Shown here piece by piece: positions 9,837 to 20,400 of a DNA stretch of 64,000 nucleotides. The position numbers were made by a program, and so were the translations under genes. Each line of letters begins with the position of its first letter. The stretch's first letter is position 1. The DNA lies in assembly GCA_046075485.1 (NCBI GenBank), contig JBJTQF010000153.1, positions 1,722-65,721 on the forward strand, given 5' to 3'. The notes below the pieces were generated by a model. The model searched no databases, was not told the DNA's origin, and worked only from the letters and a program-made list of their open reading frames with translations. The DNA comes from Myxococcota bacterium (GTDB lineage: Bacteria; Myxococcota_A; UBA796; JAJRTE01; JBJTQF01).

Positions 9837-12800
9837 TCAATCTCCTTCTTCAGAGGGCTCTTCTGAGGGTGCTTCCGAGGGCTCTTCTGGCACCACCGGG
9901 AGATCTTCCCCTGCTTCTGCGTCGAGTGCCCCTTCTGCGTCGCTCTCACCGACACCCACCCCATCCAGGGCCAGCACCCGGGCTTGAAGGGCCGGATCAT
10001 GCGGGTAGAGAGGTCGCACCAACGCGGGGCCTCTCGGAAGCTGGCCCGGCAACACCTCCGACACCATATCCCACCCAAGCTGGGCGCTGGTAGATTGTTC
10101 GGACTCATCGGGGCTCAGCCGAGGCTCACTGTAGGCCGTGGCTTCTCGGAATTGCCGCTGAAGCGCCGGGGCTGGCAAGGTGCCACGAGGCTCCAGGCCA
10201 AACACGCGCAGGGTGACAGGCAAGGGCTTTTCGTCGGCAGGCAAGTACGCGCCCAGATAATAGGTGCCCGCCGAGAGGGTCTTGCCGATGACCGGTCCTT
10301 GTGCCAGCCGCTTGCCCGTGGCGTCGAGCAAGAGAGCGGTGCTCACCTCTTTTCGCGCACGCAGGCCCACGCCCAGGGGGGTTTCTTCTGGGATCACCAG
10401 CTTGCCAAAGCGCACCCCTCCAGGCTCGAGCAGCCCTAGAGACTGCTCCCCTTCCCGCCAGGGCAAGAGGGATTCCCGCTCAATCCGCACCACCAGGGAG
10501 CCACTGCCGGGCACTTGAGGGCTCAATACCACCCGCACGGTGCCAGGGGTTGAGCCGCAGCTTCCGCCCGCCCCGACGGTCCAGAAGGTGGGCTGTCCAG
10601 GCTCGAGGGCCAACAGGGGGCCTCGCGTCTCGCCGCACAGGAGCTGAACCCAGCCGGGTTGTCCAGCCAGGGCGCTGTAGAGGGCATCCACCGCTGGGAG
10701 CGGAATGCCGACTGGGGCGCTGGCAACGGTCACACCGTGGGATTGACCGGGCTCAAAGGTGAGGCGCTGTTCTTGCATGGCACGAAGCTGCTCCGGTATC
10801 CAGGCAAGCTGGAGCGCGCCGGAGCCGTGCTCCACACGAATCAGGGTATTCTCCGTCCAGAGGCGGGCTTTATCTGCCAGAGGTTCCCATTGATCACCGG
10901 TCCAGACGTGTACCTGCTGCACCATGCCTTGCGCACTCAAGCGCATAGGATCCAGCATGACCGGAGTTTTGAGCCACAACACCCCCCCTTCGGTGGGCGA
11001 GAGCCTCAGCACATTGGGTTCGGCGCTCACCGAGACCGCATAAGGCAGGCTCGAGCGTTCGTGCCAGCTCACCTGTCCATCGTCGAGGGCATGCAACACC
11101 AGGGTCTGCCCTTCCCAGCGCAGCCGGTGAAAGCTGGCGTCTCCCCCGCTCGAGAGCACCCGCTCCACCTTGCCTGCTTTTATCAGGGTGGCTAAGATGC
11201 CCGCAGGAAAGCTGATCCAACCTTCACCCTGGGCGGGCAAGCTCTGCATGCCGGTTTCACCCGCTTTTAAGGTGATGGAAAGCCGCCCACCTTCCACTCG
11301 ACTGGGGCTCAACGTGCGGGTTGTCCAGCTCTGGCGCTGAAGGCGCTGCTGGAGGGCTACCGTGACACCATTCGGAAAATCTGTTTCTTTTATAGATACT
11401 TGACCCGAATTATCTCGAAATGAGATAAGACTTTGAGGCGCTACTACTGATGATGCTTGAGGTTTTTGCTGCTGCGCTTTCAGCCGCTGCTCGGCTTCGG
11501 CATCCAGCTTCTGAAAGCGGAGCTGGCAGCGCACACTCGGTTGCAGAGCGTCCAGGCTCAACTGAACCTGCCCTACCGGAAGGAGTGTCTCCAGGCGAGG
11601 ATTCCAGTCGGGGCCGTTGTCGTCTCCCTCTAGGAGCAGAGTGCCATCCGGCAAACTCAGCCGTGCGCGGGCATCGTCGTTGCAGCGGGTGCTCACGGCG
11701 TAAGCACCTGCCACACCCACGGCCAGGGTCTGAACGACGGGGAGCTTCACCTTCCGGCTCAACCCTGGCAAGAGCACCGAGGGATACACCTCCAGGGTAT
11801 AGGGCTGGCGATGGTTGGGCCGAAAGGAAGTCACCTCGAGCTGATATTTGCCCGGCTCGAGCTGCAAGAGGGCCCCCCTTCGAGGTGGGATATAACCCGT
11901 AGCTGTGCTCTGGCCTTCTCGCAGGAGGGTGGCATGCATTTCTCCGGTCAGGGCAAAACGCAGGGAAGCGGTCGCCGGAAGCTCAAAGGTCCACCGATCT
12001 GGGAGACGCTCGGCACCCGGCTCCGGCTCGCGCCACTCGTGGGCCACTTGTTCGGTGAGGGACAGGACAAAGGGTCCGTGTCCTTCTCGCTTAATTGGAA
12101 GTTTCTCGGCCTCCCAGCGGGTCTGGACACGCTGCTCCACGGCTTCAGGCAAGATGATCAGGCGATAGGTGCCCGTCAACAGGTCCAGGGTGGCTCGGCC
12201 TCCCTGCTCCGACAGGATCGGATATCCTGCCTCGTCTTCCAGCCGCACCCGCGCCAGCCTGCCCATCCGCTGGCTGCTGAGCCGATATCGCCCCGGCTCC
12301 TTCACTTTGAGGGTGTAAAGAGCACCTTCTCGAGGGCTCAGGGCGAGGGTCGAAGGCTGCTCAGGCTCAAGGGCTCCGGCTTGACGCAGGGGCAAGCGGG
12401 TAAAGGAGAGGCCCAGCCGCCCTTCGGAGGCCCCTTGCGCGCGTGTGCTCAGGCGATAACTTCCGGGCTGGAGCCAGGTCTCAAAACGATAATTTCGGCC
12501 TGCTCCGGTTCCAGCGGTTGCCAACAGACTCCCCCCCAGGGCAGAGGCCAGCTCACCGGACACTTCGAGCAAGCCGAGGCTCTCCAGGCGATAGAGGCCC
12601 GCTTCCTGCACGGTAAGCTGGAGGTTAAAGGTCTGCTGCCGGGCCAGCTCCAGGTAGGAGCTCTGCCCTTCACGCAGGACTGGCATGTTGGGCAGTGGAC
12701 TCAGCAGCCGGGCTGGGCTGAGACGCTCGGGCTGCTGAAGGTTCATGGTCAGGCCCACACGCGCGCCCGCGAGGGGTGGACGCACGAGCATATAAGGAAA

Positions 12801-14426
12801 TTGTGATTCAAGTTTTACACGACCTATATCTGCATAAACCTCTGTCTCAGAAGGCATAATGTATTCTGAGTTGGCCGTCTCCACATGGGTCAGCCGCAGG
12901 GTACAAATGGCGGGCGTGGAGGTATCCAACAAGATGCTGTGCAGGCCCACACCGAGATTTGCGGTAAAGGGTGTGCTCCTGGGCTCAGGGCTTCGATACT
13001 CCGGCGGAGGTGCCAAAAGCACCGGCTCCAGCTTGGCAAGGGCTTTGCACCCTTCCACCTTCACGAGATAGTCACCCGCTTGGGTCACGTCTATAAAAAT
13101 GCCGGTCTGCCCCTGGAGGTTAAAGCGCCGCACCAGCGGTTGCTGCTGGCTCAGGCGGAGGGCCGACTTTTGGACCAGCTCGATCTGATCACGCTCTCCG
13201 GGCACAGACTTTCGACGCAGGAGCAAGGCGGTGATGGGGGGCGCTTCCCCTTCTCCCGCGACCATCACACCCAGTTGATAGGTATCGGATCCCGTCAAGG
13301 GCACCATCTGTCCCATCGGGTTGAGGATCTGCAAGGTATACGGAGTGCCCGGCGGCGCTTCGAGGCTCAACACCCGCGCTTGACCGGTTTTGTCCAAGTC
13401 CAGCTCCAGCAGGGGGAGTTTGCCCGCCTTTCGCTCGGCATCGCCCAGCTCCACCTGACGGATGCCTGCGCCCAGCTTGGCTTCTCCAGGGCCGGAGTGC
13501 AGGCTCAGCTTGGCGTTGACCATGCTCTGAAAGGTCACGCGGGCATATCCCGCCTCTGCCGGAAGCTCAAACCGCTCGATGCCCAGGGCGGAGACTTCCC
13601 GCCGCTCCAGCAAGTTGGGGGCCAAGCTGGAGAGCTGCGCTCGATAACTCACGGTGGGAGGCTGTGCGCCGTTGGGCTGCGGCAGCCGCTCGCCACCATA
13701 AAACGTCACCCGATAGGTGCCCGGCTCCAAGGTGCTGGCCATTCGACACCAACGTCGAGCGCCCGCGCCCGGCTCCAGCCGACAGAGGGGCACGTCCGGC
13801 TGCAACCAGAGGCCATCCCGCCAGATGCGCAGGTCGTTGAGGGCTTCTCCTCGGGCTTCCAGCAGCAGCTCTTGTTTTTCGGTCACTTCCAGCCAAGCGG
13901 AGAGCTGCTGGCCGTCGTCGAGGGGCTCTTGTTGGTCGCTGCGTAAGGGCAAGAAGCTCCGAACCGGATGCAGCTCTTCCACCCCACGCACTTCCAATAC
14001 GGCGGCACCGGAGGCACCCGGCGGCACCGTCAGGCGCACGCGGGCAGGACCGGCATCCAGAAAGACGTCCAAGCGGCCATCCAGCTCCCCTGCTCGTCCC
14101 GCACGCGGTCCCAGACCACTCAGCCGATCTTCAAGCTGAATGCCCACGCCCACTTGACTCTTGAGCTGGAGGATAAAGCGTCCCGGATAGGGCAGCTCGA
14201 TGTTGATGGGCTCGGGCTGGCTCAAGGAGACGGCGTAAGACGGGATGGCGAGCTGGAGTCCACTGCCCGGCTCAACAAGGGGAAGGGCCTGGATGTGCTC
14301 AAACGGGAGCATTCCGGTCATCCCGAGGGCACACAGGAGCGCCCAACGCCGAGGCGGTCGCCGTAAGGTGGGGGTCGAATTCCGGTTCGATTGAGGCAAG
14401 AGAGCTTCCAAGTTCCGCACAGCCAT
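9837..14426 (-). CDS. Very large secreted repeat protein of unknown function (about 1529 aa)
   Basis: Long ORF. I prefer the ATG at 14426, preceded by AGGAGG, over the track start at 14471. Signal-like RRWALLCALGMTGMLPF. At least 8 recurrences of G-x-Y-x-(L/V): GTYRVTF, GDYLVKV, GLYRLES, GSYRLST, GRYRLSS, GTYRLII, GKYQLEV, GTYYLGA. Acidic tail EEPSEAPSEEPSEEGD. Confidence 0.75.
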   Translation of the reverse strand: MAVRNLEALLPQSNRNSTPTLRRPPRRWALLCALGMTGMLPFEHIQALPLVEPGSGLQLAIPSYAVSLSQPEPINIELPYPGRFILQLKSQVGVGIQLEDRLSGLGPRAGRAGELDGRLDVFLDAGPARVRLTVPPGASGAAVLEVRGVEELHPVRSFLPLRSDQQEPLDDGQQLSAWLEVTEKQELLLEARGEALNDLRIWRDGLWLQPDVPLCRLEPGAGARRWCRMASTLEPGTYRVTFYGGERLPQPNGAQPPTVSYRAQLSSLAPNLLERREVSALGIERFELPAEAGYARVTFQSMVNAKLSLHSGPGEAKLGAGIRQVELGDAERKAGKLPLLELDLDKTGQARVLSLEAPPGTPYTLQILNPMGQMVPLTGSDTYQLGVMVAGEGEAPPITALLLRRKSVPGERDQIELVQKSALRLSQQQPLVRRFNLQGQTGIFIDVTQAGDYLVKVEGCKALAKLEPVLLAPPPEYRSPEPRSTPFTANLGVGLHSILLDTSTPAICTLRLTHVETANSEYIMPSETEVYADIGRVKLESQFPYMLVRPPLAGARVGLTMNLQQPERLSPARLLSPLPNMPVLREGQSSYLELARQQTFNLQLTVQEAGLYRLESLGLLEVSGELASALGGSLLATAGTGAGRNYRFETWLQPGSYRLSTRAQGASEGRLGLSFTRLPLRQAGALEPEQPSTLALSPREGALYTLKVKEPGRYRLSSQRMGRLARVRLEDEAGYPILSEQGGRATLDLLTGTYRLIILPEAVEQRVQTRWEAEKLPIKREGHGPFVLSLTEQVAHEWREPEPGAERLPDRWTFELPATASLRFALTGEMHATLLREGQSTATGYIPPRRGALLQLEPGKYQLEVTSFRPNHRQPYTLEVYPSVLLPGLSRKVKLPVVQTLAVGVAGAYAVSTRCNDDARARLSLPDGTLLLEGDDNGPDWNPRLETLLPVGQVQLSLDALQPSVRCQLRFQKLDAEAEQRLKAQQQKPQASSVVAPQSLISFRDNSGQVSIKETDFPNGVTVALQQRLQRQSWTTRTLSPSRVEGGRLSITLKAGETGMQSLPAQGEGWISFPAGILATLIKAGKVERVLSSGGDASFHRLRWEGQTLVLHALDDGQVSWHERSSLPYAVSVSAEPNVLRLSPTEGGVLWLKTPVMLDPMRLSAQGMVQQVHVWTGDQWEPLADKARLWTENTLIRVEHGSGALQLAWIPEQLRAMQEQRLTFEPGQSHGVTVASAPVGIPLPAVDALYSALAGQPGWVQLLCGETRGPLLALEPGQPTFWTVGAGGSCGSTPGTVRVVLSPQVPGSGSLVVRIERESLLPWREGEQSLGLLEPGGVRFGKLVIPEETPLGVGLRARKEVSTALLLDATGKRLAQGPVIGKTLSAGTYYLGAYLPADEKPLPVTLRVFGLEPRGTLPAPALQRQFREATAYSEPRLSPDESEQSTSAQLGWDMVSEVLPGQLPRGPALVRPLYPHDPALQARVLALDGVGVGESDAEGALDAEAGEDLPVVPEEPSEAPSEEPSEEGD

Positions 14427-14505
14427 GCGCCTCCTGTGATCACCATCGCTTGAGCATCCGCTGAGAACCAAGATGCCGAGTTGAGGAGCCGAGTTCAGAT
14501 CTTCA

Positions 14506-14539
14506 GGGCATCGTGATGTTCGATGCCCAGCCGGTTTTT
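14506..14539. terminator. Perfect 8-bp hairpin between the pfk stop and the start of the giant ORF
   Basis: GGGCATCG-tgatgtt-CGATGCCC, then AGCCGGTTTTTG on the plus strand. There is no plus-strand gene upstream, so its role is unclear (pfk terminator without a T-run, or a regulatory hairpin). Confidence 0.3.
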
Positions 14540-14639
14540 GTAAACACGAAGGCGTTTGTCAACCCGCTCCACCAGTCGATCATAAAAGCTGAGCGTACTC
14601 CATCCGCGGGGCTTACGCATTGTCAGCGGACATTACGCA

Positions 14640-15938
14640 TTATCCCCGTGGCACCTTCTCTTCCAAGAAGCGGGCCAAGCGGAAGAAATCGCTGTCCTGC
14701 TCGATGAAGCGTACCTTTGTGACCAGTGTCTCGGGATCCACCAGCTCCTGGAACGGCACGTAGGTCAGAGACATCTGGCCTGCCGTGCTCACCATGTGGC
14801 CATCCAGCCCCCGCTCCACCAGCGCACGATAGGCACCGTGGCCGAGCTGACAGCCCAACATCACGTCAAAAGCATGCGGACGGGCGCAGCGCGCTTCATA
14901 GCCGAGCTGGATGCCGTTGACCTTCTTAGCCTTGCCGGTACGCTTCTCGTACTCGTTGGCCACCACGGAGGCCATCAGCTTACCAAAGTCCAGCTTGCCG
15001 AGGCTGATATGCCCGTGGTCATCGCGGCTCACGTGGGTGATAAACCGGGCGGGGAGAAGCTCTCCAAGGCCCTCGGCCAGCACCACCACGCCAAATTTTT
15101 TGCCGGATTTCTCGCGGTGCAAGATCAGATCGACGATGCGGCCCGCCAATGCATCCACGTTGAGCTTTTTCTCCACCTTCGTCTTACCGGTCGCCTCATC
15201 TGTAAAGGACTCCTCCAACGTCAAGCTGGCGTCGAGATCCTCCACACTCACAATCAGATTGGCCTTACCCGCAATGCCCACACCATACGAGAGCCAGCCC
15301 GCCTTACGTCCCATCACCTCAGCAATAAAGTAGGAGCGGGTGGCTTTGGCATCGGCCCGCAGGTTCTTGACCTCTTCGGAGAGGAAATCCACGGCTGTAA
15401 AATACCCAAAGGTAAAGTCGATGCCATGATAGTCATTGTCGATGGTCTTGGGCAGATGCACCACCTTCACCCGCCGGGCCTCCGGGGAGAGCCGCTTCTG
15501 ATACTCCACCATAAAGTTGGCGGTCTTGAGGGTGTCGTCGCCCCCAATGGAGATCAACGCATCGATCTCAAGAGAGCAGAGTGCCTCGTAGACCCGCTGG
15601 AGTGGCTTATTTTTTTCGGGATTGGCCAAATCGACGGGTTTTTTGATGGCTTTGCCAGGATTGGCACGGGCTGTTCTGATGAAGATCCCCTGCACCGTCC
15701 GCAGTCCGGGGGTCTCTTTTAAGGTAAAACGATGATAATGTTCACCTTCTTCAAGCGTAAACTGTTGCGCATCAAACTTCTGAAGATGCTCATATCCATC
15801 ATAAAAACCAATCACTTCTAAGCCAGCGTCCAAGAAGCTCATGGCAGCCGAGCAGATGACCGCATTGGCGGCTGGAGCTGGGCCTCCCGAAAACAGAATG
15901 CCCACCCGACGAATTGCAGAAGACGCAGCGGACTGCAT
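14640..15938 (-). CDS. pfp: 6-phosphofructokinase, probably the pyrophosphate-dependent subtype
   Basis: PFK family motifs GILFSGGPAPAANAVI, IGGDDTLKTA, PKTIDNDY and GYEARCA. GGDD replaces the GGDG of ATP-PFKs. AAGGAG lies 7 nt upstream of the ATG. Confidence 0.88.
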   Translation of the reverse strand: MQSAASSAIRRVGILFSGGPAPAANAVICSAAMSFLDAGLEVIGFYDGYEHLQKFDAQQFTLEEGEHYHRFTLKETPGLRTVQGIFIRTARANPGKAIKKPVDLANPEKNKPLQRVYEALCSLEIDALISIGGDDTLKTANFMVEYQKRLSPEARRVKVVHLPKTIDNDYHGIDFTFGYFTAVDFLSEEVKNLRADAKATRSYFIAEVMGRKAGWLSYGVGIAGKANLIVSVEDLDASLTLEESFTDEATGKTKVEKKLNVDALAGRIVDLILHREKSGKKFGVVVLAEGLGELLPARFITHVSRDDHGHISLGKLDFGKLMASVVANEYEKRTGKAKKVNGIQLGYEARCARPHAFDVMLGCQLGHGAYRALVERGLDGHMVSTAGQMSLTYVPFQELVDPETLVTKVRFIEQDSDFFRLARFLEEKVPRG

Positions 15939-16116
15939 GACAAGCTCCTTTCATACATGCTAAAGTAAGGGAAAAGATGGCTCAGACCATACCCTGAAGT
16001 GCTGCCGTTGTAAAGAGAGCGTGGAGATACATTCGGCAAACTCAGGCAGGTCGAATGAGGATGGGATGCAGCACGGACTCCCCAACCTCTCGAGAAGCAC
16101 AGCGTCAAAGCCGCAG

Positions 16117-16155
16117 GTTGTAGATTTCTGTTGTAGAATTCTGTTGTAGATTTCT
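16117..16155. repeat. 3 x 13-bp tandem direct repeat GTTGTAGA(T/A)TTCT
   Basis: gttgtagatttct / gttgtagaattct / gttgtagatttct, head to tail. It lies about 180-215 bp upstream of the pfk start on the minus strand and just after the stop of the lipoprotein gene. Confidence 0.85.
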
Positions 16156-16158
16156 CTC

Positions 16159-16193
16159 GGGCAGGCGCGGGCATCACACGGGCAGGCGCGGGC
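16159..16193. repeat. 2 x 14-bp direct repeat GGGCAGGCGCGGGC separated by 7 nt
   Basis: Exact copies at 16159-16172 and 16180-16193, adjacent to the 13-bp iterons. Confidence 0.8.
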
Positions 16194-16201
16194 GAAAGGG
16201 C

Positions 16202-17191
16202 TCACTCCTCCGCCGGAGCTTCTCCATAGAGCACGGTGGTGGTGGCTCCATACACCAAACTGACAGAGATGGCATCTTCGCCGCTGTCCAGGCGAATATC
16301 CGCCACTTCTTCGAGCAAATCTTGCAGATCGGCCTGGAGCTCTTTGATACTATCCTTGTCAAAAAACGGCAACAAGCCCAGCTTGTCCAGCACGTCGTTG
16401 ACAAAGGTCTCAAGCTCGGCTATCGAAATGCCCCCGGCCAAGCGCGCATCCTGGAGCGGGAGGGTGGCCACGTAGCTGTGAACGGAGCGCACGTCCTCCA
16501 AGTCCAAAGAGACGTCGGTGCTGGCCCCCTGAGTCACCAGGGTCAAGTTGACGGTAAAGGCTGGACCTCGCGCATCCACTTGATAGCTGCTGTGCGTATA
16601 GGCCCCGTTCATGGACGCAAGCTGCGCCACGGTCTGATATCCGTCGGAGTGCTCTTGACCCGTCCACCAAGCCATGCTCACGGTGCCCGGCCCCGTCGAG
16701 TCCAGCGACTCCAGCCAGGGGGTCGCGCCCAGGGTGGCCTCCAGCGAACGGTTGATGGTCTCGACGTTAAAAATCGCAGCAATGGCGGCAGAAGCGGAAG
16801 CACTCAGCGCCCGATACTGCTCCTCGGTGATGGTGCCTTCGTCGAGAAGCTCTCTGAGCTGAGCCTTTATCCGGCTGCTCAAGAACGAACCCAGCTCATT
16901 GAGGGCGTTGGAGAGGCCGTTGTCGGTTTTGCCGTCTCCATCCACGTCGAGCTCGCCGGCGTTGCTGTCCGCCACCACCATCGTGGTGACTCGGTAGTCC
17001 GCATCCAAGACAGGCACAGCGGTGGCCGTGGGGGTCGGCTCAGGCGTCGGACTCACATTCACCGAGGGATCGGTCGCTTGGGGTTCACAGGCCGAGAACA
17101 GCATAAGGGTTGGAATCGCCAGCAGCGCGGCCAGCCGACGGCGGGCAAAACGATTCACAAGCTGAAGAGTCGATGCAACAGGCGCAGTCAT
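16202..17191 (-). CDS. Lipoprotein of unknown function (paralog of 48314..49234)
   Basis: ATG at 17191 preceded by GGAGG. Signal plus lipobox LMLFSAC. A Pro/Thr linker is followed by DVDGDGKTDNGLSNALNELG. It aligns along its length with the 48314 protein (DLDGNGTLDNNLPSVFDTLN). Confidence 0.7.
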   Translation of the reverse strand: MTAPVASTLQLVNRFARRRLAALLAIPTLMLFSACEPQATDPSVNVSPTPEPTPTATAVPVLDADYRVTTMVVADSNAGELDVDGDGKTDNGLSNALNELGSFLSSRIKAQLRELLDEGTITEEQYRALSASASAAIAAIFNVETINRSLEATLGATPWLESLDSTGPGTVSMAWWTGQEHSDGYQTVAQLASMNGAYTHSSYQVDARGPAFTVNLTLVTQGASTDVSLDLEDVRSVHSYVATLPLQDARLAGGISIAELETFVNDVLDKLGLLPFFDKDSIKELQADLQDLLEEVADIRLDSGEDAISVSLVYGATTTVLYGEAPAEE

Positions 17192-17406
17192 AAAAAACCT
17201 CCAGAGGTTGGCTGCCTGACCCACGACCTCCCGAGGCTCAAGGCACGACCAGCATCTTGATCTTAGCAAGTGAATGCGCTGGCATCAACAGTCCAGTGGC
17301 ACAAAATATCCAGACACCTTGGAATCTTCTGCCAATATTGTACCGATATTGCGCTGAGATGCAAAAGGCTTGTCGTATGAGTATAGAGCAGGCATAAAAT
17401 ACGACT

Positions 17407-20400
17407 ATGACACTCGTGGTAAATGATCGATATGCGCTGCTTCGGCAGCTTGGCAGCGGTGGCATGGGCCGGGTCTATTTGGCACAGGATCTGCGGCAAG
17501 CAGATATGCTGGTGGCCCTCAAGACCCTCTCGCCGGAAACGGCGACAGAAGCGTATGCCGCCAGCCTCGCCGATGAATTCCGCCTGCTGGCCGACCTCTC
17601 CCATCCCTATGTGGTGAGGGCCTACGACTATTCTTCCGTCCGCTATGTGGTGGGAGAGCCCGCTGAGCACGAACCCACCGAAGCACCCCCCCTCGGTGCC
17701 CCCCTGCTCACCCGAGAGTTTATCGCAGGCACTCCCCTGCCCTCTTTGATCGGCACACTGGATCTCGACGCGCAGCTTCGCGTCATGCTGGAGCTGACCG
17801 CGACGCTCCACTACCTGCATCGACAAGGGGTGCTGCATCGAGACGTCAAACCCGACAACGTGCTGGTGGTGGCTGCCGGAACCCTCCACCGACAGCTTCA
17901 AGCCCGACTGGTCGATTTTGGACTCGCTTGTTTTAAGGAACAAAGCACCACCCCCGTCGGCAATGCGCGCTATCTCGCCCCCGAAGTCCTGCTCGGTGGC
18001 ACCTTTGATGAAGCCGCTGAGCTCTACGCCCTCGGGGTGGTCTTCTACGAGCTGCTCACCGGCCATACCCCTTACACCGGAGAGAGCGCCGCAGACCTCG
18101 CACGGGCCCACGCACAGCTCCCCATTCCACCTCTGCCGGAGAATTTACCCCCTCGTCTGGCCCAGTGGGTGATGCGCCTGCTCGAGCGTGAGCCCTCTCG
18201 CCGACCCAGCAGTCAAGAGCTGCTCACTGGCCTTCAGAGCCTGCTTCAGCGTGATGGGGCCTCGTCTCCGGCACCGTGGAGCACTACCGGCGCAGCAAGA
18301 ATGGTGGGACGGCAGGAGGATGTGGCCTTCTTCAACCGCTGCCTCGAAGAGTTGGGCCAGCCCCTACCGGATCGACGCCCCATCCGCAGCTTGGTGTTGA
18401 CAGGACCGCCGGGGATCGGCAAAACCCGCCTCGTGAATCGCCTGAAACAGCTCGCTCAGCTCCGAGGTTTTCGGGTGGGCATGGCACAATGTCATCACGG
18501 CGGTGAGACCTTTCTGGCCGCCCGTCGCCTGCTCTCTGGTCTGATCCAAGAGCGTCCCGACCTGATCAGCAGCGACCGTGAGATCTTCAGAACCGTGCTG
18601 GCCGGAAAAACTCAGACCTATGCCGAACGTCCATCGCCTGAGCTCACCCCCGCGCAGGTGATGCTGCGGGTGCTCGACGGAGCACGCGGCTTTCTCGAAG
18701 CCCTCTCCGCCGAACAACGCATGGTGCTGATCCTCGAAGATGTTCACTTCATCGACCCCGAGAGCCTGGCACTCATGCGGCATCTGCTCCTGCACCTGAG
18801 CGCGCGCCAAGTACTGCTGATCTTTACGTCCTGGCCCCCCAGCCCAGCGCATTCCGAGATCGACCGGCTCACCCAAGAGCTGCCGGAGGAGGTCGGAGTT
18901 CCGGTCTCGCGAGAGCTGGAAGGGCTCGATCTGGAAGCGGTTCAACACCTGCTGCTGCGCACCTTCGGCGAGGATCCCCTCAACTTAGAGCTCGCGGAGC
19001 AGCTTCGACGCCAAACCGAAGGCAATCCCCTCTTCATCGAAGAGGTGCTGAAGCTCGCCCCCAATCCAACCGCACTCAGCCAGCGCATGCGAGAGAGCCA
19101 CCTGCCCGGTGCCGTGGGAGACGCCTTCCGTCAGCAGCTCAAGGTGCTCGGCGATGACGCCCTCGACACGCTCAAGGGCATTGCGGTGTGGGGAACGCCC
19201 GCCACACCCGCCGATATCATGGAGATCACCCGTCAGGCTCGCTCAGAATGCCTAGAAGGGCTGGAGGAAGCCCTCGCTTGCCAGCTCTTGCGTGAACAAG
19301 GCAACGGGTACTGGTTCTGGCACAGCACGATGGTGCAGCTCGTCGAAGAGCATATGAGCCCCGAAGAAATGCGGGAGTTCCACCGACGAGCAGGACGGCG
19401 ACGAGAAGCCGCAGGTGGATTGGGCGATCCGGAGCAGCTCAGCCGACTGGTGCTTCACTTTACCCGCGCACGCGATCCCTCGCGCGCACTCGGGTATGCA
19501 CTCACCGGCGCACGCACTGCCGCCGACCGTTTTCTTTCGCGTCAAGCCATCGAGCTCTACGAACGCGCCCGCGAGCTGAGCCTGGAGCTGATCGGCATCC
19601 ATCTGGGGGGCATGGGTGGACTGGTCGAAGTGCGTCAGCGCCTCGCTTCGCTCTATGCCTCCACCGGCGACCTGAACCGGGCGGAGAGTGAAGCCAGAAG
19701 TCTGCTGGACGATCCGTGGTTGCACTCCGATAAGTCAGCGCGCAGTCGGCTGCGGGTGCTCTTGGGCGAAGTGACCATGCGCCGAGGGGATCTCGCGGGT
19801 GCGCTGCAACACTTCAGCACGGCACTGGAGGAGACCACCGATGCGCAGCTCTGTGCAGGCATTTTGGACAATATGGCCGAGCTGCACATTCGACGCAGTG
19901 AGGTGGATGATGCCCTCTATGCTTGCCATCAAGCCATTCAGCGGCTGGGCAATGCGGAGGCCAGCTCTCAGCGGGGCTCCATCGCGTTCCATCGAGGGCG
20001 CTGTGCGGAGCTCCGGGGCAATCATCGTGAGGCGCTCCAGCACTACAATGAGGCACGCCAGCACTATCAGAAGCTGGCCCATCCGCCCCCTGGCATGGCG
20101 GCGGCCCTCAACGCCATTGCCACCATCTTGAACTACTTTGAGCAGTATCAGGATGCTCGTCATGTATTGTTGGACGCGCTGGATCTTCAAGAGCGGCAAG
20201 GTGCGCTCGAAGGGGCAGCCGCCACGCTGGATCGACTGGCCCTCAACAGCTTGGGTTTGGCCGATAACCAAGCGGCTATTACCTACGGAAAACGCAGTGT
20301 GGCCACCTGGAAACGTCTGGGCAACCCACAAGGTGAAGCCATAGCCGCCGCCAGCTTGGGCATCATCTTCCTCACCCGAGGGCTCTATCGAGACTCGCTG

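Noticed and set aside
14370-14395. A tRNA-like GGTTCGATT / TCGAATTCC string.
   Set aside because: It lies inside the 5' end of the giant ORF, and no acceptor stem or anticodon arm can be drawn around it.
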